From Armatimonadota bacterium (GTDB lineage: Bacteria > Sysuimicrobiota > Sysuimicrobiia > Sysuimicrobiales > Humicultoraceae), in contig JBBIOM010000013.1 of assembly GCA_037443365.1 (NCBI GenBank), positions 1 to 26,795 on the forward strand: DNA of 26,795 nt, read 5' to 3'. Each line of letters begins with the position of its first letter. The stretch's first letter is position 1. The notes under the pieces are model-generated. The model saw only the letters and a list, made by a program, of their open reading frames with translations, did not search any database and was not told the origin of the DNA. Made by a program: the position numbers and the translations under genes. Shown in pieces: positions 1 through 7,412 of the stretch.

Positions 1-43
1 TTTCAAGCCGGTAACGCGGGTTCGAATCCCGCTGGGGGCACCA
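1..43 (+). tRNA. tRNA-Glu(TTC), 5'-truncated by window edge
   Basis: Anticodon loop remnant T-TTC-AA at 1-6, T arm GCGGG-TTCGAAT-CCCGC, acceptor 3' strand TGGGGGC, discriminator A and encoded CCA at 41-43. 5' half lies outside the window, so anticodon register is inferred from spacing. Confidence 0.85.
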
Positions 44-70
44 AAGCCAGTCAGGACTGCGGACCTTGCG

Positions 71-1732
71 TCAGCGGGCGCGCAGCACGGCCCCCTCGCT
101 CGCTGACCCTACGAGGGCCGCGTACCTGGCGAAGACACCGTCGCGGTACTTTGCCGGCGGCGGCTGCCAGGCCGCTCGACGGCGCGCGAGCTCCTCGCCG
201 TCGACCTCCAGACGCACCTCGCGCCTCTCGACGTCGATATCTATGAGGTCCCCTGTGCGTGCGAGGGCGATGGGGCCGCCGGCGTGTGCCTCGGGCGCGA
301 CGTGGCCTATCATCAGGCCGCGCGTGCCACCTGAGAAGCGGCCGTCGGTGACCAGCGCTACCTCGGGCCCCAACCCCTCGCCGACGATCGCGGCGGTCAC
401 GGCCAGCATCTCTGGCATACCGGGCGCGCCCCTGGGCCCTTCGTTTTGGATCACCATCACGTCTCCGGGCCTGATCTGCTTGCCCAGGATGGCCCCGAGC
501 GCGGCCTCCTCACCGTCAAACACCCGGGCCGTGCCGCGCATGCGGGTGCGCTCGGTTCCGGCCAGCTTGAGCACCGCGCCTTCCGGAGCGAGAGAGCCGC
601 GCAGGATCACCAGCCCTCCGTGCGGCTTCAGCGGGTGGCCGGCTGCGCCCACCACCCGCTGGCCCGGGGTCTCGCGGGCCCCTGCCACCTCCTCGGCCAG
701 GGTCCTCCCGGTGACGGTCCGCTGCTCCCCATCGAGCAGCCCGGCTTCGAGCAGTCTCTTGACGACGAGGGGCGTTCCCCCTGCCTCGTAGAGTTCCCAC
801 GCGGTGTAGGTCCCCCAAGGGCGGAGATCGGCCACAACCGGCGTCCTTTGGCTCACCGCGTCGAAGTCGTCGAGCGATAGCGCAACGCCTGCCTCGCGCG
901 CCATCGCCAGGAGGTGGAGCACGGCGTTGGTGGAGCCGCCGGTCGCGGAGACCGCCGCGATGGCATTCAGGAACGAGGCCCGCGTCAGGAAGTCGCGCGG
1001 GGTCCGATTCGCCCGCTGCGCCTCTCCCAGCACGTGCGCGGCCAGACGGACGGCGCGGCGCTTCTCGGGAAGGATGGCCGGGATGCCGTTGGTTCCCATG
1101 GGAGACAGCCCCAGAACCTCCAGGACCATGGCCATCGTGTTCGCGGTGAACTGGCCGCCGCACGCCCCTGGCCCTGGGATCGCGCGCCGCTCTATCGCGG
1201 CGAGCTGGGACTCGTCGATCCTGCCTGCTGCGAGCTCTCCCACCGCCTCGTAGACGTCAACGATGGTCAGCTTCCTGTCCCCGAGCGTACCCGGCGCGAT
1301 CGACCCTCCGTAGAGCACCAGCCCGGGCACGCCGCTGCGAATCACCCCCATCGCCCCGCCCGGGATCGTCTTGTCGCACCCGACGACGGCGACCATCGCG
1401 TCGTAGAGGTAGCCCTGGGCCACGATCTCCACGCTGTCTGCGATGACCTCCCGGCTCACGAGGCTTGCCCGCATGCCCTGCGTGCCCATTGCGATGCCGT
1501 CCGCTATGGCAGGGGCGCCGAACTCGAACGGTACCATCCCGGCCTCGCGCAGTCCTTCCTTGAGGTCGGCGGCGAGATCGCGGAGGTGGACGTTGCAGGG
1601 CATGCCGTCGGTCCACGTGTTGACCACGCCAACGAACGGCTTCTGGAACTCATCGTCGCCCAGGCCCACGGCGCGCAGCATGGCGCGTGCGCCGGCCCGG
1701 TGCGCCCCGGACTTCAACACGTCGCTTCGCAT
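71..1732 (-). CDS. ilvD: Dihydroxy-acid dehydratase
   Basis: 553 aa; motifs MPCN, DGIAMG, SREVIADS, GCDKT, GACGG, GGSTN, GPRGAPGMPEM, TDGRFSG, GHVAPEA; SD GGAGGG upstream. Confidence 0.97.
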   Translation of the reverse strand: MRSDVLKSGAHRAGARAMLRAVGLGDDEFQKPFVGVVNTWTDGMPCNVHLRDLAADLKEGLREAGMVPFEFGAPAIADGIAMGTQGMRASLVSREVIADSVEIVAQGYLYDAMVAVVGCDKTIPGGAMGVIRSGVPGLVLYGGSIAPGTLGDRKLTIVDVYEAVGELAAGRIDESQLAAIERRAIPGPGACGGQFTANTMAMVLEVLGLSPMGTNGIPAILPEKRRAVRLAAHVLGEAQRANRTPRDFLTRASFLNAIAAVSATGGSTNAVLHLLAMAREAGVALSLDDFDAVSQRTPVVADLRPWGTYTAWELYEAGGTPLVVKRLLEAGLLDGEQRTVTGRTLAEEVAGARETPGQRVVGAAGHPLKPHGGLVILRGSLAPEGAVLKLAGTERTRMRGTARVFDGEEAALGAILGKQIRPGDVMVIQNEGPRGAPGMPEMLAVTAAIVGEGLGPEVALVTDGRFSGGTRGLMIGHVAPEAHAGGPIALARTGDLIDIDVERREVRLEVDGEELARRRAAWQPPPAKYRDGVFARYAALVGSASEGAVLRAR

Positions 1733-1748
1733 GGCTATCCCTCCGTCC

Positions 1749-2246
1749 TCAGGTGTCCTGGGCGCCGCGCACCAGCGTCACCTGTCCGGTGCGGGCCATC
1801 TCGCGGATGCCGTGCCTGGCCAGCAGCGAGATGATCGCGTCCACCTTGTCGGTGCGCCCCGTCACCTCCAGGGTCATGGTGAGGTCAGTGAAGTCCACGA
1901 CGGCCGCCCTGAATACGTTGGCGATCTCGATGATTTCCATGCGCGACTTGGAGGTCGCGTTCACCTTGATCAGCGCGAGCTCACGATCCACCGTCGGGGT
2001 GCCGTCGATGGCCGTGGCCCGAAGCACCTCCACGAGCTTGCCCAGCTGCTTGGCGAATGACTCGGTGCGCTCGGGCGACGTGTCTACAACAATAGTCATG
2101 CGCGATATGCCGGGGTTCTCCGTGGGCCCCACCGAGAGGCTGTGGATGTTGACGCCGCGCCGCCGAATCAGTCCGGCGACGCGAACCAGTACTCCGGGCT
2201 GGTTGTTCACCAGTACCGAGATCGTGGCAGCATGCGGTTGACTCAC
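1749..2246 (-). CDS. ilvN: Acetolactate synthase small regulatory subunit
   Basis: 165 aa; ACT-domain start ISVLVNNQPGVLVRVAGLIRRRGVNIHSLSVG, RELALIKV, C-terminal EMARTG; GTG start with AAGGAG upstream. Confidence 0.95.
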   Translation of the reverse strand: MSQPHAATISVLVNNQPGVLVRVAGLIRRRGVNIHSLSVGPTENPGISRMTIVVDTSPERTESFAKQLGKLVEVLRATAIDGTPTVDRELALIKVNATSKSRMEIIEIANVFRAAVVDFTDLTMTLEVTGRTDKVDAIISLLARHGIREMARTGQVTLVRGAQDT

Positions 2247-2286
2247 GGGTCACCAGCTCCTTCTTCTTGCGGCATGCGAGCGGGCA

Positions 2287-3849
2287 TCAGCGGACGGCGA
2301 TGTCCACTGATGGCCGCATCGCGGCCAGCTTGGCGAGCACGCCGTGGATCGGGTGCATCCGGAATGCCTCGAGGAGCGCTGATGAGGCTTGCTCCACGCC
2401 GCCGCCGCCGCGCTCCGCCTGGTATTCGCGCATCGCCCCGTCGGCGGCCGGGAAGGCGATCTGGGTCAACTGGGCCTCGAACCTGGGTCCCCACTTGCGC
2501 GCTCCCAGACGCGCCGTGGTAGAGCAGTTGTCCACCATGTAGGCGACGCCGCGGGCGTGCATGTAGGGAAGCAGGGAGTCCACCGCCTCGATCACCGACT
2601 CGTTGGCGATCTCCGAGTAGGGATGCCCCCTTTCCATCAGCAGATCGATCTGCGCAACCATCGTTCCGATGAAGACGCCTGCGGTGAAGGCGTGGACCTC
2701 GGCCGGGTGGCGGTGGCGCTCGCGGCGCACCCCGGCGCCGGCCTGCCACATGCGGCTGCCATCTATGGGCGGCAGCGGAAACTCGGTGAGCCGTCCTCCA
2801 GCCAGGATAACGCTGCGCAGTTCGTTCCCCGATTCGACCTCGTCGTAGATCTCGACCAAGAGCGGCTTGGTTGCGCGGTAGGCCGCGGCGTAGGCCCGCT
2901 CGAACTCCGGTCTCTCCGGAGGGGAGAGCCTCTGGTATACCGCCAGGAGCCCGTCACGAGAGATCGTGCGCGCGATCGGCCCGGTGATGCTCTCGCAGGC
3001 GTGCACGAACGCTTCGCGTTCCGAGTGGCCCTCGGAGGAGTACCGTCTGTAGAGACTCTCGACGATACCCCACGTTGCGCCGAGCAGGATCGCCCGCTCG
3101 CCGAAGACATCGGACAGGTACTCCGAGGATAGCGTTGTCTTGAAGGTGTAGGGTGCCCCCAGCGCTACCGACCACGCCAGGGCCACGTCGGTGGCGCGCC
3201 CGCTCGCGTCCTGCTCGACCGCAAAACTCGTGTTTATGCCCGCGCCGTTGGCCTGTCGGCCCTGCTCGTAGAGGCGCCGCACCGACGGTCCCATTCCCTT
3301 GGGGCAGACCCCCACAACGTCTATGCCTGCCGGGAACCCGTCGCCCACGTTGCGCAGGTGGCCGAGGAGGAACCCGTGCGATAGGCCGAGCGTTGCGCCC
3401 GGGCGGAGCGCGCGGAAGACCCTCGGATAGAGCCCGGCCTGCGCGGCGTCAGAGATCAGCAGGAGCACCAGATCGGAGCGCCCGATCACCTCGAACATCT
3501 CCCCCAGCGTCCCCTCCTGCTCGGTGAACCCCGCCTTCCGCGCCTCATCGAAGGAAGGCGAGCCCTCGCGCAGCCCGACCAAGACACGGATCGGAGCACC
3601 CTCGAGGGATTCGCGCAGGTTCTGGGCCTGCGCGGGCGCCTGAGACCCCCACCCTATCACGCCTATGGTCCCGATCCCCTCCAGCGCCCGGGGCAGGAGA
3701 GGGAAGAGATGCCTGCCACCGCGCACGAACGACTCACGGCGCCCTGCCAGTTCCAGTGTCTCCACCGGGAAGACGGCCGAGGTGAAGGTGGAGTCGCCCC
3801 TCCGTGCCTCACCGGCCTGAGAAGAGACCGCCACCATGGGATCACTCAT
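2287..3849 (-). CDS. ilvC: Ketol-acid reductoisomerase, long (class II) plant-like form
   Basis: 520 aa; GVIGWGSQAPAQAQNL Rossmann motif, GLREGSPS cofactor loop, LGLSHGFLLGHL, CPKGMGPSVRRLY, SDVFGERAILLG, NESVIEAVDSL, DNCSTTARLG; start overlaps ilvB stop by 8 nt. Confidence 0.95.
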   Translation of the reverse strand: MSDPMVAVSSQAGEARRGDSTFTSAVFPVETLELAGRRESFVRGGRHLFPLLPRALEGIGTIGVIGWGSQAPAQAQNLRESLEGAPIRVLVGLREGSPSFDEARKAGFTEQEGTLGEMFEVIGRSDLVLLLISDAAQAGLYPRVFRALRPGATLGLSHGFLLGHLRNVGDGFPAGIDVVGVCPKGMGPSVRRLYEQGRQANGAGINTSFAVEQDASGRATDVALAWSVALGAPYTFKTTLSSEYLSDVFGERAILLGATWGIVESLYRRYSSEGHSEREAFVHACESITGPIARTISRDGLLAVYQRLSPPERPEFERAYAAAYRATKPLLVEIYDEVESGNELRSVILAGGRLTEFPLPPIDGSRMWQAGAGVRRERHRHPAEVHAFTAGVFIGTMVAQIDLLMERGHPYSEIANESVIEAVDSLLPYMHARGVAYMVDNCSTTARLGARKWGPRFEAQLTQIAFPAADGAMREYQAERGGGGVEQASSALLEAFRMHPIHGVLAKLAAMRPSVDIAVR

Positions 3850-5575
3850 CGAGAATCATCTCCTTCACCGACTGCCCCGAGGGGATCATGGGCAGGCAGT
3901 TCTCCTCTGGATCGGTTACCACATCGACAACAACAGGGATGCCGTCTGCGGAGAAGGCGGCGCGAAGCGCCGGCTCCACCTCCTCCGGACGCTCCACACG
4001 GATGCCGCGGGCGCCGAAGGCCTCGGCGATGCGGGCGAAGTTCGGATTGTCCAGCAGCGACGACGACAGACGTCCCCCGTAGAAGAACGACTGCCACTGC
4101 CTGACCATCCCCAGTGCCCCGTTGTTGAGCACGACGACGACGAGGCTCTGCCTGTACTGCACGGAGGTGATGAGGTCCTGGAGCGTCATGATGAACCCGC
4201 CGTCCCCAACGACCGCGACTACCTGGTCGTCGGGGCGGGCGAACTTGGCCCCCATCGCGGCCGGGAACCCGAAGCCCATCACGCCCAGGCCGCCAGAGGA
4301 GATGAACGACCGCGGCCTACGCGGCCTGTACCACTGGGCCATCCACATCTGATTCTGGCCCACATCGGTCGCCACGACGGCCCTGCCGTCGGTGATTCGG
4401 TTGATCATGTCGCACACGTAGGCGTTGCTGATGCGGTCCCCTTTCTGACGGTAGCGGAACGGGTGGCGCTGGCGCCACTCGTCTATCTGCCGGAGCCAGG
4501 CCTCGATCCTTGGCGGACGGATCCGGGCGGCCATCGCTGCCATGACCCTCCGCGCGTCTCCAACGATGGCGACGTGGGCGGGCTTGTTCTTGCCGATCTC
4601 GGCGGGGTCGATGTCGACGTGGATGAAGCGCGCCCGTGGCGCGAAACCGTCGAGCCGGCCCGTGACCCGGTCGTCGAACCTCACCCCCACGGCCAGGATG
4701 ACGTCAGCCTCGCTGACGGCCCAGTTGGCGGCAGCGGCGCCGTGCATCCCCAGCATGCCGAGGCAGTGCCGGCTGCTCTCGTCCACGGCGCCCTTGCCCA
4801 TCAGCGTCACCGTAACGGGGATCCGCGTGGACTCCACCAGCCCGGTCAACTCGGGCGTGGCGTTGGCGCTGATGACGCCGCCGCCTGCGTAGATGACCGG
4901 GCGCTGTGCAGCCGAGAGCGCCTCTGCGGCGGCCGCGATCTGGCCTGGGTCGCCGTCGGTTGGGGGATGATATCCAGGAATCGAGATCTCGTCTGGGAAC
5001 TTTGGTTCGACGATCTCCTGCGATATGTCGCGCGGGATGTCAACAAGGACCGGGCCCGGGCGGCCGCTGCGTGCCAGGTAGAATGCCTCGTGGACCGTCC
5101 TTGTGATGTCATCCGCATCCATGACCAGCGCGTTGTACTTGGTGATGGGCATCGTGATGCCGGTGACGTCCGCTTCCTGGAAAGCGTCGTTGCCAATGAC
5201 CGGCCGGGCTACCTGCCCCGTTATCAGGACCAGCGGCACGGAGTCGGCCATCGCATCGGCGATCCCGGTGACGAGGTTGGTCGCTCCTGGCCCGGAGGTG
5301 GCGGTGCAGACGCCCACGCGGCCCGAGGCACGCGCATAGCCCACCGCGGCGTGGGCGGCCACCTGCTCGTGGCGAACAAGCACATGGCGCATGTCGCGGG
5401 CGTCGTAGAGGGCATCGTAGATAGGCAGCGTGGCGCCGCCTGGGATGCCGAATATCACCTCCACGCCCTCTCTGCGCAGGGCCTCCAGCAGAACCTCAGC
5501 CCCCCTCATTCTCACCCCGCGCGGGACGGCGCCCCTGGGAGGAGCCTTTCGTGGTGCGAGCGTCTGCCGGGCCAT
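3842..5575 (-). CDS. ilvB: Acetolactate synthase large catalytic subunit (biosynthetic type)
   Basis: IFGIPGGA, VRHEQ, TSGPGATN, DAFQEAD, TDVGQNQMW, SGGLGVMGFG, ThDP motif GDGG...LNN, MVRQWQ. Start set at ATG 5575 (SD AGGAGGGAG); ATG 5509 is an alternative. Confidence 0.96.
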   Translation of the reverse strand: MARQTLAPRKAPPRGAVPRGVRMRGAEVLLEALRREGVEVIFGIPGGATLPIYDALYDARDMRHVLVRHEQVAAHAAVGYARASGRVGVCTATSGPGATNLVTGIADAMADSVPLVLITGQVARPVIGNDAFQEADVTGITMPITKYNALVMDADDITRTVHEAFYLARSGRPGPVLVDIPRDISQEIVEPKFPDEISIPGYHPPTDGDPGQIAAAAEALSAAQRPVIYAGGGVISANATPELTGLVESTRIPVTVTLMGKGAVDESSRHCLGMLGMHGAAAANWAVSEADVILAVGVRFDDRVTGRLDGFAPRARFIHVDIDPAEIGKNKPAHVAIVGDARRVMAAMAARIRPPRIEAWLRQIDEWRQRHPFRYRQKGDRISNAYVCDMINRITDGRAVVATDVGQNQMWMAQWYRPRRPRSFISSGGLGVMGFGFPAAMGAKFARPDDQVVAVVGDGGFIMTLQDLITSVQYRQSLVVVVLNNGALGMVRQWQSFFYGGRLSSSLLDNPNFARIAEAFGARGIRVERPEEVEPALRAAFSADGIPVVVDVVTDPEENCLPMIPSGQSVKEMILDE

Positions 5576-5654
5576 GTCGCTCCCTCCTGCAACCCCAGTC
5601 CCCTGTGCGGCGCGAGCCCCCACAAGCCGCCTGGGAAACGCGAAGCGGGAGACA

Positions 5655-5868
5655 CCCTAAGGGCGGATGCTCCCGCGGTACCACCTTAGTTCCCCTACGG
5701 CCAACCAGGCCGGGGGCCCTCACACCCTTATCGCGGGCAGACGGCGGATCCTACTTTGAGTTCAGATCCGCTGCTCTGGGACGAGGTTCGGCAGGTGTGG
5801 AGGCCGGCTTGCACCTGACCCGGCTCGCTCGACTCCGCGAGCCCGCCTACTGCTTCCCGTCATTGCGG
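5655..5868 (-). promoter_or_regulatory. T-box riboswitch leader of the ilv operon, Leu (CUC) specifier
   Basis: Minus strand: Stem I start GCAATGACGGGAAGCAGTAGG, apical GAGCGAG and GGTGCAAG elements, specifier loop GAA-C-CTC-G (CTC at 5785-5783) closed by GGGA/TCCC; T-box AAGGTGGTACCGCG at 5687-5674 with antiterminator pairing CTAAGG/CCTTAG and GCGG/CCGC. Confidence 0.92.
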
Positions 5869-5948
5869 CTTCGCCGCTATGGTCCTCGCGTCAACCGCGT
5901 CGCGGCCCTGACGGCACGCACGCGAACCGCGTGGGGTAATTGGGTGAA

Positions 5949-5977
5949 ATCCTACTGGGCGCGCGGGGTCCTGTCAA
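5949..5977 (-). promoter_or_regulatory. Sigma70-type promoter for T-box/ilv operon
   Basis: TTGACA (5977-5972), 17-nt spacer, TAGGAT (5954-5949) on minus strand; the -35 box overlaps the TGA stop of the upstream gene. Confidence 0.8.
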
Positions 5978-6870
5978 GTGTCAGCCCTGTAGAACCCGTA
6001 CTTCTTTCGCATGAACGACAGGACCTCACGATCCACGAGATCGTCGTCCCGCCAGCGCTCCTCGAAGTTCTCGACGCCACACCACCGTCGGAACGCCGCT
6101 TTGGTCTCGGGGCCGTAGATGCCATCAACGGGACCCGCATAGAACCCGGCCCTGGCGAGCATCTCCTGGAGCATCCTCGTGATGTTGCCGGCCAGCCGTG
6201 TGAGGTTCGCGGCGACGGTAGCGCCGAAGTATAGGCGGTGCAGGTCGAGCAGGCGGCGCAGTTCGTCTATCGGCGTCGCGTGGTCGTCCACCCGAAGGTC
6301 TATGTAGCGATCGAGGTACCCGCCGTAGGATCCCTTTTCCTTGGCGACGCATAGCGCGGCCGACTGCTGGCCGCGGCTGTCGCCACCTTCGACCTGACCT
6401 GCGGCCAGGGCGCACAGCAGGCGCTCAGGCAGCGGCCCGGCGGCGCCCTCGAACGCGCGGGCCATCGCGCTCACCACGGCTTCTCCTGTCAGGATGTTCC
6501 CCTGGCACGAGTACCCGTCGCCGGTCTGGTGTCCGGCCCAGGGCATGCACTCCCTGCCGGTCCAGGCCGCGGATCGTCCGGCCGCATCCACGACGCCGAG
6601 TTGTCGGTGCTCGCGTCCTTCATCCGCGCTGGTCAGCCGCGTCACGACGTCGGCGGCTGACAGACTGCCTTCAAGCAGCGCCAGCCCCTGGGGACCGTAC
6701 GAAAGGTTTGCCCATGCCTGGGTCGCAATGGCGCCCGCGCCTGCCCTGGCCCAGGGCACCACGGCGCCCACGGCCAGGAACTTGCTGGCGACCGCGACAC
6801 CGAACTCGCCGGTTGAAGCATCACGCGCGGCGATTGAGAAGGTCGAGAGGGGCTCTTGGCAGGTGGCCAT
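5974..6870 (-). CDS. DUF1028 (Ntn-hydrolase-like) protein with C-terminal putative peptidoglycan-binding domain
   Basis: 298 aa; TFSIAARD...FGVAVASKFLAVGAVVP, GAIATQ, HRQLGVVD, QGNIL, GGDSRGQQSAAL, DLRVDDH; C-terminal LQEMLARAGFYAGPVDGIYGPETKAAF resembles PG-binding helices; SD GGAGGG. Confidence 0.88.
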   Translation of the reverse strand: MATCQEPLSTFSIAARDASTGEFGVAVASKFLAVGAVVPWARAGAGAIATQAWANLSYGPQGLALLEGSLSAADVVTRLTSADEGREHRQLGVVDAAGRSAAWTGRECMPWAGHQTGDGYSCQGNILTGEAVVSAMARAFEGAAGPLPERLLCALAAGQVEGGDSRGQQSAALCVAKEKGSYGGYLDRYIDLRVDDHATPIDELRRLLDLHRLYFGATVAANLTRLAGNITRMLQEMLARAGFYAGPVDGIYGPETKAAFRRWCGVENFEERWRDDDLVDREVLSFMRKKYGFYRADT

Positions 6871-7006
6871 TGCGTGCCCTCCAGCGGGGTCTTCAGAAGG
6901 ATTCGGGCGGATGGTGCCGGCTCCTTGTATGCCTCGATCTCCCCGCAGGATGATTCAATCTGATGTAGAAGGCTCCCGGCGAGACGCTTCTGGGGAGGTG
7001 GTGGGT

Positions 7007-7363
7007 GTGGAAAAGCTCCGATTGCCCGTGATGCTGGACGCCATCTACACCATTCTTCTGGGCCTTGCTACCCTCTCTCCGTCCCTTGCGGCCAGCATAT
7101 TCGGCCATGAGGCCAAGGACCCGGCCTTGCTCCTCACTCTTTCTAGCCTCTTTATCGCTTTCGGCGTGGTCATCTGGATCATCGCAGGTGACATCGAGAA
7201 GTACGGCGGTCTTGCCACCGCGCTGGTGCTGGCCTTGCTGATCACCGCCGTGTTCCTCGTGTGGGCCTGGGCCACGGCTCTGTTCACGGCCCGGACCGCG
7301 CTCGTTCCGGTGATAATCAACCTGGTCCTGGCGATCTGGATCTGGTCGGCGAAGCCGAAGTAA
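7007..7363 (+). CDS. Small integral membrane protein (about 4 TM helices), function unknown
   Basis: GTG start after GGAGGTG; 118 aa with four hydrophobic segments; the upstream part of the tracked ORF (6494-7006) overlaps the DUF1028 gene and is not credible. Confidence 0.75.
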   Translation: MEKLRLPVMLDAIYTILLGLATLSPSLAASIFGHEAKDPALLLTLSSLFIAFGVVIWIIAGDIEKYGGLATALVLALLITAVFLVWAWATALFTARTALVPVIINLVLAIWIWSAKPK

Positions 7364-7371
7364 CGAAAGCA

Positions 7372-7400
7372 GGGGAGGCCCCCAATGCGGGGGCCTCCTC
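7372..7400. terminator. GC-rich hairpin between convergent genes, probable terminator
   Basis: GGGGAGGCCCCC-AATGC-GGGGGCCTCCTC, 12-bp stem with one G-U pair; weak U tract (TGCTTTCGTT) on the minus strand only. Confidence 0.6.
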
Positions 7401-7412
7401 CGCTGCCATTCC

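Noticed and set aside
3836-5689. 617-aa plus-strand ORF
   Set aside because: Antisense shadow of ilvB; such open frames are common in high-GC DNA and it has no recognisable motifs.
5496-5723. Possible ilv leader peptide for ribosome-mediated attenuation
   Set aside because: No run of Ile/Leu/Val codons; the T-box already explains the leader.
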